From Candidatus Poribacteria bacterium (lineage in GTDB: Bacteria > Poribacteria > WGA-4E > GCA-2687025), in NCBI GenBank assembly GCA_963665845.2, contig OY762492.1, positions 2,144,001 through 2,208,000 on the forward strand: 64,000 nt of DNA, in the 5' to 3' direction. The position numbers and the translations under genes were made by a program. The notes beneath the pieces were generated by a model. The model was given only the letters and a program-made list of their open reading frames with translations. It was not told the DNA's origin and made no database searches. Positions 9,187 through 18,400 of the stretch are shown piece by piece (the stretch's first letter is position 1; each line of letters opens with the position of its first letter).

Positions 9187-9972
9187 ATGCTCAAGACGCT
9201 TTTTATTGGCGACATCTTTGCAAGACCAGGGCGGCGCGCTATTGAGGCGCTGGTTCCGCAGCTGCGCAATGAGTATAACTTGGACATTGTGATCGCCAAC
9301 GCGGAAAACGCGGCTGCAGGGCGCGGCGTCACACAAAAAATCGCCCAGCAGATGACGAACGCCGGCGTCGACTTTATGACGACCGGCAACCATGTCTGGG
9401 ACCAGCGCCAGTTTCTAGACGAAATCGAATGCGTCCCCAACATCGTCCGGCCCGCCAATGTCCCAAAAGGAACGCCAGGGCGCGGATGCGCCTTCGCGCA
9501 AGCGAGGGACGGAACGAAGGTCGCCGTCATGAACCTGTGCGGCAAGGTGTTCATGCCTTACGACTGCCCGTTTGTAGTCGCCAAACCGATGGCGGAACGG
9601 CTGCTCCAAGAAACGCCCGTCCTGATTGTCGACATCCACGCCGAGGCGACCTCCGAAAAAATCGCCATGGGGCTGCATCTGGACGGGCTTGCCTCGCTTG
9701 TCGTCGGGACGCACACGCATGTGCAGACCGCCGATGAAACGGTGCTGCCAGGCGGAACCGCCTACATCACCGATGTCGGCATGACGGGCGCGCATGACGG
9801 CGTGATCGGCCTTGATCCGTATTACGGCGTGGAGCGGTTTTTGACGCAGCTTCCCCCCAATTACGCCGCCGCAAAACATGACCCGCGCCTGTCCGCCGTC
9901 TATGTGGAGATCGACCCTGAAACGGGGAGCGCCTCCTGCATTGAGCGGCTCAACGTTCCGACGCCGAGCTGA
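9187..9972 (+). CDS. ymdB: YmdB-family metallophosphoesterase (TIGR00282-type)
   Basis: LFIGDI..PGR, NAENAAAGRG, TTGNHVWD, DIHAEATSEK, GTHTHVQTAD, TDVGMTG. Confidence 0.93.
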   Translation: MLKTLFIGDIFARPGRRAIEALVPQLRNEYNLDIVIANAENAAAGRGVTQKIAQQMTNAGVDFMTTGNHVWDQRQFLDEIECVPNIVRPANVPKGTPGRGCAFAQARDGTKVAVMNLCGKVFMPYDCPFVVAKPMAERLLQETPVLIVDIHAEATSEKIAMGLHLDGLASLVVGTHTHVQTADETVLPGGTAYITDVGMTGAHDGVIGLDPYYGVERFLTQLPPNYAAAKHDPRLSAVYVEIDPETGSASCIERLNVPTPS

Positions 9973-9975
9973 CGC

Positions 9976-11193
9976 ATGGAGGAGCCGATCTATTCCGTTC
10001 GCCAGGTCACGCAGGCGCTTCAAGAGCTTCTCGAAGAGGCGGTTCCGCCGCTCTGGGTGGAGGGGGAGGTTTCCAACTTCCGCGCCTCGCGCGCCGGGCA
10101 TTGGTATTTCACGCTGATAGACGCCCACGCGCAGCTGCCGGTCGTCATGTGGCGGCTCGCGGCGATGCGAAATCAGCATGTCCGCCCGGAAGACGGCGCG
10201 CTCATACGCGCGCGCGGCGCGCTGAATGTGTATCAACAGGGCGGCAACTATCAGCTGCAGGCGGAGCGGGTTCTGCCGGTCGGCAAAGGCGCTGTCGTCT
10301 CCGCGCTGGAACATCTGCGCGAGGCGCTGCGCAAGGAGGGGTTGTTCAGCGAGAAACGCAAGAAGCCGCTGCCCCCCTTTCCGTCCGTCGTCGGCGTCAT
10401 CACCTCGCCCAGAGGCGCCGCCGTTCAGGACATCTTAGCGATCGTCGGCGAACGTTACCCGATCGCGCGGGTCGTTCTCTATCCGGTCGTCGTTCAGGGG
10501 GAGAACGCGCCGCGCGAAATCGTCCATGCGCTGCGGATGCTGAACCTTCTGGACGCCGCGGATGTGGTCGTCATCGGCCGGGGCGGCGGTTCGTCGGAGG
10601 ATCTGTCCGCTTTTAACGACGAGGCGGTCGTACGCGCGGTCGCCGAGTCGAGACTGCCGGTCGTTTCGGCGGTCGGGCATGAGACCGACATCACGTTGAC
10701 GGACCTTGCCGCGGACGCGCGCGCGGCGACGCCTTCCGCCGCGGCGGAGCGTGTCGTCCCCGACAAAGAGGCGCTTTTAAACGAACTGGATGTCTGCGCG
10801 GGGCGTATGGCAAAGGCGATGCGCAGGCGGATCGAATCGTCGCGTCAGAAACTGGCGGAGCTGAAGCGCGCCGTCTCGCCGAAGCGTCAGCGCGACGCCC
10901 TGCAGAACCGCATGCAGCGCGTGGACGAACTCGCGTGGCGGCTGGAATCGGCGGTGAAGGCGCAGGCGCTTCAAAAGCAAAACAGGCTGCAGACGCTGGC
11001 GGGAACCCTGAACGCGCTAAGCCCGCTTGCCGTCTTGGAGCGCGGGTACAGCGTCTGCTTCAACGAAAACGGAACGCCAATACGTACCGCCGAGACGGTG
11101 AAACCGGGCGACCCGCTGCGCATCAAACTGCGGCGGGGAGAGATTCTGGCGAACGCGTTAGCCGTACGAAAGGAAGAAGATGACGGAGAATGA
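9976..11193 (+). CDS. xseA: Exodeoxyribonuclease VII large subunit
   Basis: WVEGEVSNF, GHWYFTL, GVITSPRGAAVQDI, GRGGGSSEDL, SAVGHETD, TPSAAAE, LSPLAVLERGYS. Confidence 0.96.
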   Translation: MEEPIYSVRQVTQALQELLEEAVPPLWVEGEVSNFRASRAGHWYFTLIDAHAQLPVVMWRLAAMRNQHVRPEDGALIRARGALNVYQQGGNYQLQAERVLPVGKGAVVSALEHLREALRKEGLFSEKRKKPLPPFPSVVGVITSPRGAAVQDILAIVGERYPIARVVLYPVVVQGENAPREIVHALRMLNLLDAADVVVIGRGGGSSEDLSAFNDEAVVRAVAESRLPVVSAVGHETDITLTDLAADARAATPSAAAERVVPDKEALLNELDVCAGRMAKAMRRRIESSRQKLAELKRAVSPKRQRDALQNRMQRVDELAWRLESAVKAQALQKQNRLQTLAGTLNALSPLAVLERGYSVCFNENGTPIRTAETVKPGDPLRIKLRRGEILANALAVRKEEDDGE

Positions 11194-11449
11194 GAACGGG
11201 TTTGAAGAGAAATTGAAGGAGCTGGAAGCGATCGTGAACCGGCTGGAGAGCGCCGATCAGCCGCTCGAAGAGTCGCTGCGCGATTTTGAACGCGGCATTG
11301 AGTTGGCGCGTGAATGCTCGCATGCGCTCAACAACATGCAGCTGCGCATTGAACAGCTGACCGTCAGCGCGGAGGGCGAGGTTCTGCGGACGCCGATGGA
11401 GCCGCAGGAGCTGAACGCGGACAGCGGAGACAGGGGCGAACCCGAATGA
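11180..11449 (+). CDS. xseB: Exodeoxyribonuclease VII small subunit
   Basis: FEEKLKELEAIVNRLES..PLEESLRDFERGIEL; overlaps xseA. Confidence 0.93.
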   Translation: MTENENGFEEKLKELEAIVNRLESADQPLEESLRDFERGIELARECSHALNNMQLRIEQLTVSAEGEVLRTPMEPQELNADSGDRGEPE

Positions 11450-12534
11450 TCCAGTACGACGACTTTATGCGCGCGCTCGCGGAGCGTAAAAAGATCGTGT
11501 ACGAGTATCTGTACAGGGAGGAGTTTTCAAGCCGCTTTCATCCGCAGCATATTCGGGACGCCATCTACGCTTATATGGAAAACGGCGGAAAGTCGCTTCG
11601 CCCCGCGGCGTTGATGTTCGCATGCGGCGCCGTCGGCGGAGACGAACGCAAGGCGGTTCCAGCCGCGGCCGCCATCGAAATCTTTCACACATGGACGCTG
11701 GTGCATGACGACATCATCGACCGCGACTCAAAACGCCGCGGCGGTCCCACCGTCCATGAGGCGTTTCGTCAACGCGCCATACGCGAATTCGGATACAACG
11801 AAGAGGACGCCGCCCACTACGGACTCTCCATCGCCATTCTCGCCGGCGACATGCAGCAGGGATGGGCGGTCTCCATTTTAACAAAACTGGCGGAGCAGGA
11901 AGGCATCGACCCGCGCATACCGCTTTATCTCATCAAGGACGCGGAAATGCGCGTCTTGAGCCTGCTGATCGACGGCGAGATGCGCGACGTTCAATTTTCT
12001 AAAACAAACATTCATGATGTGTCCGAGGCGGATGTCCTGGATATGCTGTCTAAAAAAACAGGCGTTCTTTATGAATTTGCGGGCAAAGCGGGCGCCATGA
12101 TCGGCCTCAACACGCCCGACCCCGACCATCCGCTCGCGGCGGCGGTGAGCGCCTTTGCGGCCGACTGCGGCGCCGCGTTTCAGCTTCAGGACGACATACT
12201 GGGCGTCGTCGGCGACGAGGAGACGCTCGGAAAGCCGGTCGGTTCCGACATACGCGAGGGCAAACGCACCACCATCGCGCTCCAAGCGTATCGAAACGGC
12301 AGCGAAGAGCAGCGCGAACTTCTCATGTCGGTCCTCGGAAATCCGAACGCGGATGCGGAGAGCCTGAAAAAAGCCGCCGAGCTGATGCGCGAGCTTGGCG
12401 GAATCGACTATACGGCAAACCTGGCAAAGCGGCATATTGAGCGGGCGTTGGAACGGCTAGAGCCGCTCCCGCCCTCCGAATACCGCGACCTGCTTCATTT
12501 TTGGGCGGACTATATGATTCAGCGCACGTTTTAA
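11446..12534 (+). CDS. Polyprenyl synthetase (likely GGPP synthase)
   Basis: GGKSLRP, FARM HDDIIDRDSKRRG, KKTG, SARM FQLQDDILG, GKPVGSDIREGKRT. Confidence 0.92.
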   Translation: MIQYDDFMRALAERKKIVYEYLYREEFSSRFHPQHIRDAIYAYMENGGKSLRPAALMFACGAVGGDERKAVPAAAAIEIFHTWTLVHDDIIDRDSKRRGGPTVHEAFRQRAIREFGYNEEDAAHYGLSIAILAGDMQQGWAVSILTKLAEQEGIDPRIPLYLIKDAEMRVLSLLIDGEMRDVQFSKTNIHDVSEADVLDMLSKKTGVLYEFAGKAGAMIGLNTPDPDHPLAAAVSAFAADCGAAFQLQDDILGVVGDEETLGKPVGSDIREGKRTTIALQAYRNGSEEQRELLMSVLGNPNADAESLKKAAELMRELGGIDYTANLAKRHIERALERLEPLPPSEYRDLLHFWADYMIQRTF

Positions 12535-12544
12535 TTTTAAAGCG

Positions 12545-12712
12545 TTCGCGCCCGTCCTTTAAACCCCCCTAGCCCCCCTTTTCAAGGGGGGAATCGGATG
12601 CGGCGCCTTCAAGGGGGAATCGGATGCGGCGCCTTCAAGGGGGAATCGGATGCGGCGCCTTCAAGGGGGAATCGAACGCGGCGCCGCGAATATCTCGTAT
12701 GAGCGTACTGCC
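12545..12712. repeat. CCCCC/GGGGG hairpin followed by ~26-bp tandem units (tcaagggggaatcggatgcggcgcct)
   Basis: Direct reading; inverted relative of the block near 1520-1615. Confidence 0.85.
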
Positions 12713-12854
12713 CGACCTCATGCAGAAAGTTGGGACATTTGAACGAACAAAGCCTTTATTCATGGGGAAAAGGCGTTGCCAACCAGTTCGTCATTCCCGC
12801 GCAAGCGGGAATCCAGAGGCGCCGCAGAAGACGTCCGCATTCTCCAGAAGGTCA
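12713..12854 (+). mobile_element. Shortened copy of the ~165-bp MITE-like element
   Basis: CGACCTCATGCAGAAAGTTGGGACA ... dRS3-like palindrome ... AAGGTCA. Confidence 0.7.
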
Positions 12855-12899
12855 GTACTGCCAACGCGACGCTGAAGAGCGATACGAAAGAAAGCGCGT

Positions 12900-12986
12900 A
12901 TGATTGAAGTTTGGACCATCGTTGGACTAGTGGCGCTCGCGTTCATCCTTTTTGCGGTGATCGACGCCTTCTTTTCCGGCGGCTAA
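12900..12986 (+). CDS. Putative 28-aa single-pass membrane protein
   Basis: MIEVWTIVGLVALAFILFAVIDAFFSGG*; purine-rich GAAAGAAAG upstream; stop overlaps the stop of the convergent aldo/keto reductase. Confidence 0.5.
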   Translation: MIEVWTIVGLVALAFILFAVIDAFFSGG

Positions 12987-13921
12987 CGATCCACCCCCGC
13001 TTCAAAATGCTGGATAAGCGGCTCCAGATCGTCCCAGAAGTCGTCTGGAACGGCAACCTGTCCAGCGATGCCGTTGGAGCGCGCCTCTTCTGGAGTCCGC
13101 GCGCCCGGTATCGCCGCGGCAAAGGGCGCGCGCCGAACGCACCACTGCAGCGACGCCGCCGCCAGCGGAATCTCATACCGTTCGCAGAGCCGCTGTATCG
13201 CTTTAACCTGCTCAATGCAGCGTTCAGAAAAACGGCGCGCCATATAATCTTCGCCCTCAACCGGACCTGTAGCGAGAATGCCGCGTTCCAGAGGCGTCGC
13301 GCAGATGAGACCGACGTTGTGTTTTTCGGCGGCGGGAAGAAGGCGCTCCTCGGCGTATTGGTTCAGCAGGCTCCACGCTTCCGGCACAACGGCGGCGTCA
13401 AATTCGCCGGTCGCAATATACTCCGCATTCGGATCGGGATCGTTCAGCGCGCAGCCGACATGCCGCACGATTCCCTCCTTCTGAAGCCGGCGCAGCGCGC
13501 CGAGGGCGTATCGCTCTCCCAAAACCTGCTCTTTTGGAACGCCCATCGCGTCATGAATAAAGACGATTTCGATCCGCTCCATGCCCAGCTTTTCTAGGCT
13601 CTCTTCGATGCTGCGGCGTATCGCGTCCGCTTCATAGTTGTATCCGCGCGGCTGCCGTCCGCATTTTGTTGTTACAACCGCGTTCCGCGCCAGGTCGGGG
13701 CGCTGCCGAAGCGCGGCGCCGATGATGCGTTCGCTGGCGCCGCCGCCGTACAGCTGCGCCGTGTCGATCAGCGTACATCCTTCTTCCAGCGCCGCGTGTA
13801 CGGTCGCCGCGCCCAGCTCTTCGTCTAACGGTCCGCCGCCGCGCCGATGTCCAAGCCATGCGGCGCCGAGTCCGACGATGCCGACCTGAATGCCTGTGCG
13901 TCCGAGCGTCTGCGTTTTCAT
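12983..13921 (-). CDS. Aldo/keto reductase
   Basis: Start MKTQTLGRTGIQV (ATGA overlap with the upstream gene); IDTAQLYGGGASERIIG, TKCG, SLEKLG..IHD, IPGARTPEE. Confidence 0.92.
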   Translation of the reverse strand: MKTQTLGRTGIQVGIVGLGAAWLGHRRGGGPLDEELGAATVHAALEEGCTLIDTAQLYGGGASERIIGAALRQRPDLARNAVVTTKCGRQPRGYNYEADAIRRSIEESLEKLGMERIEIVFIHDAMGVPKEQVLGERYALGALRRLQKEGIVRHVGCALNDPDPNAEYIATGEFDAAVVPEAWSLLNQYAEERLLPAAEKHNVGLICATPLERGILATGPVEGEDYMARRFSERCIEQVKAIQRLCERYEIPLAAASLQWCVRRAPFAAAIPGARTPEEARSNGIAGQVAVPDDFWDDLEPLIQHFEAGVDR

Positions 13922-14862
13922 TGCTCCGCCAGCGCCAGTCCGCGCACTTCGCCGAATTCCCATGCCAGTTTCGCCCAGTTTTCGCCGCTGTCGACGCTTC
14001 GGAAGGCTTGTCCAAGTACGGTCGCCGCCGCCATCCATTCGCCGGCGGAGGCGAACTGCCAGACGGTGCTGTTCGCCGGCGCGTTGAGCGGGACCCGCTC
14101 CCATGAGCCGCCCTTGTCGCGCGTTCGGTACATGGCGCCGACGCTTCCAGGGGGGCCGTCGCCGTTGCCGACATAAAGCGCGTCCGAACCGTCCGGCGCG
14201 GCTCCCATCCCTCGACAGTAGGCGTTTTCAAAACGCTCTTTGATGTGGAGCGGCTCCCAGTTTTGCCCTTCGCCGCCGCTGCGGTACACCTCGTTGTTGG
14301 CTGAAGCGAACAGCGTCCCGCAGCTGAGCATCTTCATGTCATGAACGTCCACATCGGGCAGCCCGAGTCGGCGCCATGTTTTGCCTCGGTCGTCGGAGAC
14401 GCGGGGTCCGTCCACCTCAATGCCGGCAAACAGGACGTTCGGTTTCGTCGGATGCGGCAGGATGGAGGTGACGCGCGTTTTCATGGCTCCGCCGAAGCAG
14501 TCCTGCGCGATCTCCTGCTTGCCTAAGAACCAGCTGGCGCCGCCATCCTCGGACACATACAGCGCCGCCGGGCAGGTTCCCGCAATGAGCAGGTTCGGGT
14601 CATGGGGCGACGCTCCGACGCTCCATATCTCTTTACCGGCGAGTTCGCCGCCGAGGCGCGTCCATTCATCCCCGCCGTTCTCCGTTTTAAACACGCCGTC
14701 CTCCGACCCGGCATACAGCGTCCGGCTGTCATGCGGGCTAAGCGTCAGCGCGCGGATGTCGCTTTCTGACCACATGCCCTTGGACGCCCTATGAAACGAG
14801 GCGCCGCCGTCCCTGCTGCGCCACACGCTTTGACCGACCGACCCGACGTAGATGGTTGGCAT
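13918..14862 (-). CDS. BNR/Asp-box beta-propeller protein (YCF48/sialidase-like)
   Basis: Repeated SxDGGxxW boxes (SRDGGASF, SEDGGASW, SDDRGKTW, TRDKGGSW, SVDSGENW). Confidence 0.85.
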   Translation of the reverse strand: MPTIYVGSVGQSVWRSRDGGASFHRASKGMWSESDIRALTLSPHDSRTLYAGSEDGVFKTENGGDEWTRLGGELAGKEIWSVGASPHDPNLLIAGTCPAALYVSEDGGASWFLGKQEIAQDCFGGAMKTRVTSILPHPTKPNVLFAGIEVDGPRVSDDRGKTWRRLGLPDVDVHDMKMLSCGTLFASANNEVYRSGGEGQNWEPLHIKERFENAYCRGMGAAPDGSDALYVGNGDGPPGSVGAMYRTRDKGGSWERVPLNAPANSTVWQFASAGEWMAAATVLGQAFRSVDSGENWAKLAWEFGEVRGLALAEQ

Positions 14863-14905
14863 CGTTCATTCTCCTCATACAGATACCGTTTGACCGACGC
14901 GGGTT

Positions 14906-14934
14906 AGAATACGCAAAGCGGCGCGCCGTGTCAA
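14906..14934 (-). promoter_or_regulatory. Putative sigma70 promoter
   Basis: Minus strand TTGACA-17 bp-TATTCT upstream of the BNR gene. Confidence 0.55.
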
Positions 14935-15019
14935 CCTGCGCCGCCGCGAGGTAGTCTCTACAGGCGATGATGACGAAAATACCGTTTGAGTTGTGCTAAT
15001 CGTGATTCCGCGCACGGAA

Positions 15020-15193
15020 CTAAAACCCCCCCAGCCCCCCTTTTCAAGGGGGGAGTCCAGAAACCGCGCCCCAACCGCTGTTATTGGGCTATTCGTCATT
15101 CCCGCGTAAGCGGGAATCCAGAGTTTTCCCAGACAGCCTCCGCATTCCAAAACGACTCTCTAAAATCAAGATCATCGTCTATAGAGACTGCCC
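15020..15193. repeat. Mosaic: CCCCC/GGGGG hairpin, dRS3-like palindrome, and the GAGTTTTCCCAGAC..TCTAAAATCAAGATCATCGT..GAGACTG module
   Basis: The last module recurs at ~25473-25546, inverted at ~51055-51128, and partly at ~45500-45535. Confidence 0.85.
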
Positions 15194-15266
15194 GCGCTTG
15201 ACAAGGCGCGAACGGCGTAGCATGATGTTGTATGCGCGGCGGTTCTTATCATCAACGGGCGGATGA

Positions 15267-16736
15267 ATGCGGTACCAAAACCTGAGCGATTTTGCGGCGG
15301 ACTTAGAAAAAAAAGGGCAGCTGATGCGGATAAAGGCGGAGGTTTCCCCCTATCTTGAAATCTCTGAAATCGCCGACAGGACGACGAAAGCGGGCGGACC
15401 GGCGCTTCTTTTTGAAAATGTGCGCGGCTCCGAGTTTCCGCTGATCATCAACACATACGGAACGATGGAGCGGCTCTGCATGGCGCTGGGCGTCGAGAAC
15501 ATTGAGGAGATTGCCGGCGAAATCGCCGAGATGATCCACATGGCGCCGCCCGAAGGGCTGATGGACAAGGTGAAAACGGCGGCAAGGCTCGCTAAAGTGG
15601 CCAAGTTTCCTCCCAAAACGATCCGCTCCGGTCCGTGTCAAGAGGCGGTCTCCACGGGGGAAGATGTCGATCTAAACGCGCTCCCGATCATCACCTGCTG
15701 GCCGCTGGACGCCGGCCCGTATATCACCTTCGGGCAGGTTTTCACAAAAAGCCTGCATACAGGGTCGCGCAATGTCGGCCTCTACCGCGTTCAGATTTTT
15801 TCCAAAAATGAAGCGGCGATGCACTGGCATATGCACCATGACGGCGCCGGGCATTACCGCGAATACGCCGCCGCGGGCAAACGCATGCCGCTCGCGGTCG
15901 CTGTCGGGGGCGATCCTGTTCTGCCGTATGCCGCGACGGCTCCGCTGCCGCATGCAATCGATGAGCTGCTGTTCGCCGGCTTTTTAAAGAAAGACCATGT
16001 TAAGCTTGTCAAGGCGAAGACGCTGACAACCGAACACGGCTACGACCATGACATTGAGGTTCCCGCCGAAGCCGACTTCGTCATTGAAGGGTATCTGGAG
16101 CCGGACGAGCTGGTCATGGAGGGTCCGTTTGGCGACCATACAGGCTTTTACTCGCTGGCGGATCTGTACCCGAAGTTTCATATTACGGCAATCACGCGGC
16201 GCAAAAACCCGATCTATCAGACGATCATCGTCGGAAAGCCGCCGCAGGAGGATCTTTCTCTCGGCAAGGCGACGGAGCGCATCTTTTTGCCGCTGCTGCG
16301 CACGCAGGTTCCGGAGATTGTCGACATGAACCTGCCCATCTTCGGCATCTTTCATAACTTCGTTTTTCTTGCCATCGACAAGCAATATCCGTGGCACGCC
16401 CGCAAGGTCATGAGCTCCGTCTGGGGCTTGGGTCAGATGATGTTCTCCAAGATCATCGTCGTCGTTGACAAGCATGTGAATGTTCAAAACGCGGACGAGG
16501 TCTGGTTCTATGTCGGCAGCAATGTGGACCCGAAGCGCGATATTATGTTTGTGGACGGACCGATCGACATTTTAGACCATGCCTCCGTCGGTCTCGGCTA
16601 CGGTTCCAAGATGGGCATCGACGCGACGAAAAAATGGGAGTCGGAAGGGTTCCGCCGCGAATGGCCCGACGAGATCGAAATGACGGAGGAGATCAAGCGC
16701 CAGGTGGACGAGCGCTGGAAAGAGTACGGATTTTGA
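15267..16736 (+). CDS. UbiD-family menaquinone biosynthesis decarboxylase (MqnL-type)
   Basis: LEISEIADR, GPALLFENV, WPLDAGPYIT, RNVGLYRVQ, EGPFGDHTGFY, GKPPQED, WGLGQMMFSK, KMGIDAT. Confidence 0.92.
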   Translation: MRYQNLSDFAADLEKKGQLMRIKAEVSPYLEISEIADRTTKAGGPALLFENVRGSEFPLIINTYGTMERLCMALGVENIEEIAGEIAEMIHMAPPEGLMDKVKTAARLAKVAKFPPKTIRSGPCQEAVSTGEDVDLNALPIITCWPLDAGPYITFGQVFTKSLHTGSRNVGLYRVQIFSKNEAAMHWHMHHDGAGHYREYAAAGKRMPLAVAVGGDPVLPYAATAPLPHAIDELLFAGFLKKDHVKLVKAKTLTTEHGYDHDIEVPAEADFVIEGYLEPDELVMEGPFGDHTGFYSLADLYPKFHITAITRRKNPIYQTIIVGKPPQEDLSLGKATERIFLPLLRTQVPEIVDMNLPIFGIFHNFVFLAIDKQYPWHARKVMSSVWGLGQMMFSKIIVVVDKHVNVQNADEVWFYVGSNVDPKRDIMFVDGPIDILDHASVGLGYGSKMGIDATKKWESEGFRREWPDEIEMTEEIKRQVDERWKEYGF

Positions 16737-17455
16737 CGCAGGAGCTGCCGACCGAGGAGGAGAAAAGCCGTTATATTCGGCGCATGTTTGCCGGCATCGC
16801 GCCGCGGTACGATCTTCTGAATCGGCTGTTGAGTTTGGGCATTGACCAGCGGTGGCGGAACTTCACGGCAAAGATGGCGGTGGACAATCCGCGCGGGCGT
16901 TATCTGGACGTCTGCTGCGGGACGGGCGATCTGGCTTTAGCGGTGCGCAAACGCGCCCCTGAAGCGTCCGTTATCGGCTCCGATTTTGTGATGGAGATGG
17001 TTGAGCGGGGGCGGGCGAAATCGGAGAAGCGGCGCGGGAACGGGTTCGCGCCTCTCCTGGCGGACGCGCTTCAGCTGCCGTTCGCGGACGATTCATTTGA
17101 CGGGGTGACGGTCGGTTTCGGCATTCGCAATGTGGCGAATGTAGAGCGCGGGATCGCCGAGATGGCGCGCGTGACGAAGCCCGGCGGGCGCGTCGCCGTT
17201 TTAGAATTCACGCAGCCGAAGGGGGCTTTATTGCGGAAGATGTATCTGTTGTATTTCACGCAGGCGCTGCCGCGCATCGGCAACGCGGTCTCCAAAAGCG
17301 ACATGAAAGCGTATTCGTATCTGCCGGCGTCTGTGGCGGCGTTTCCAGACGCGGAGGGGCTGGCGGAGATCATGCGCGCCGCGGGCCTCCCGGAGACGCG
17401 GTATTATCTGCGGACGTTCGGCATCGCCGCGGCGCATATCGGGGTGAAGGCATGA
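16733..17455 (+). CDS. ubiE: Menaquinone/ubiquinone C-methyltransferase UbiE/MenG
   Basis: TTG start overlapping the UbiD stop; MFAGIAPRYDLLNRLLSLGIDQRWR, LDVCCGTGD, GFGIRNV, AYSYLPASV. Confidence 0.92.
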   Translation: MTQELPTEEEKSRYIRRMFAGIAPRYDLLNRLLSLGIDQRWRNFTAKMAVDNPRGRYLDVCCGTGDLALAVRKRAPEASVIGSDFVMEMVERGRAKSEKRRGNGFAPLLADALQLPFADDSFDGVTVGFGIRNVANVERGIAEMARVTKPGGRVAVLEFTQPKGALLRKMYLLYFTQALPRIGNAVSKSDMKAYSYLPASVAAFPDAEGLAEIMRAAGLPETRYYLRTFGIAAAHIGVKA

Positions 17456-18048
17456 GCGAACCGAAGCGGATCATCGTCGGCGTCACCGGGGCGAGCGGAG
17501 CGGTCTACGCCGAGCGCGCCCTGCAGATTCTGGCGAAGTCGGAGATCGAGACGCATCTGGCGGTTTCGTCCGCCGCGCGGTTGACCTTTTTAAAGGAGCG
17601 CGGGCGGGCGATTGATCCTGAACGTCTCGACATTGAGCAGATGATCGGAACGCCCGCGCCGAACATCGTCGTTCATGACACGCGCAATATCGGCGCCTCG
17701 ATTGCCAGCGGCAGCTTCAGGACGATGGGCATGGCCGTTTTGCCGTGCAGCATGGGTACGGTCGGCGCGCTGGCGGCGGGCTTGTCGTTGAACTTGATAC
17801 ACCGCGCCGCGTCGGTTTGTCTCAAGGAGCGGCGGAAGCTGGTCATTGTGCCGCGCGAGACGCCGTTGAGTACGATTCATCTGGAGAATATGACGCGGCT
17901 GTCGCGCATGGGCGCGACCGTTTTGCCGGCGATGCCCGGCTTTTACCATCAACCGAAAACGCTGGACGATCAGATCGACTTTGTTCTGGCAAGGCTGTTT
18001 GATCAGTTCGACCTGGATTTTGACCTGATGAGACGGTGGGAAGGTTAG
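17452..18048 (+). CDS. ubiX: Flavin prenyltransferase UbiX
   Basis: GVTGASGAVY, IASGSF, PCSMGT, LKERRKLVIVPRETP, PAMPGFYHQP. Confidence 0.95.
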   Translation: MSEPKRIIVGVTGASGAVYAERALQILAKSEIETHLAVSSAARLTFLKERGRAIDPERLDIEQMIGTPAPNIVVHDTRNIGASIASGSFRTMGMAVLPCSMGTVGALAAGLSLNLIHRAASVCLKERRKLVIVPRETPLSTIHLENMTRLSRMGATVLPAMPGFYHQPKTLDDQIDFVLARLFDQFDLDFDLMRRWEG

Positions 18049-18049
18049 C

Positions 18050-18400
18050 CGCCCCATAGCCCTCCCCCGCGTCCGCGAGGACATGCATTCCCGCCCTTGC
18101 GGTAAAACGTGCGGGAATCCAGAGGCGAACCCGAAACCATTTGCTGTCTGAACTAAGATTTGCATGATTGAAAAGATTGTCAGGAAAATTGCCGAAAACC
18201 GACACGCCGTCCACGAAATGCCCGCATCTCCAAATCTTGAAAATCCTATAAATCCTGAAAATCTTAGTTCAAAACCCAGCGCAACCAGCGCCGCTCCCTC
18301 TCCTCGTTCCCCGCTTCCGCGAGGACATGCATTCCCGCGCAAGCGGGAATCAGAAGTCTAGGCCGCTTCTGATTCCCGCCGCAAAAGCGGGATCTCCCGC
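18050..18400. repeat. Mosaic: expanded-loop palindrome (18087-18119), 123-bp TGAACTAAGAT/ATCTTAGTTCA element (18149-18271), further dRS3-like hairpins
   Basis: Direct reading of inverted ends and palindromes. Confidence 0.85.
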
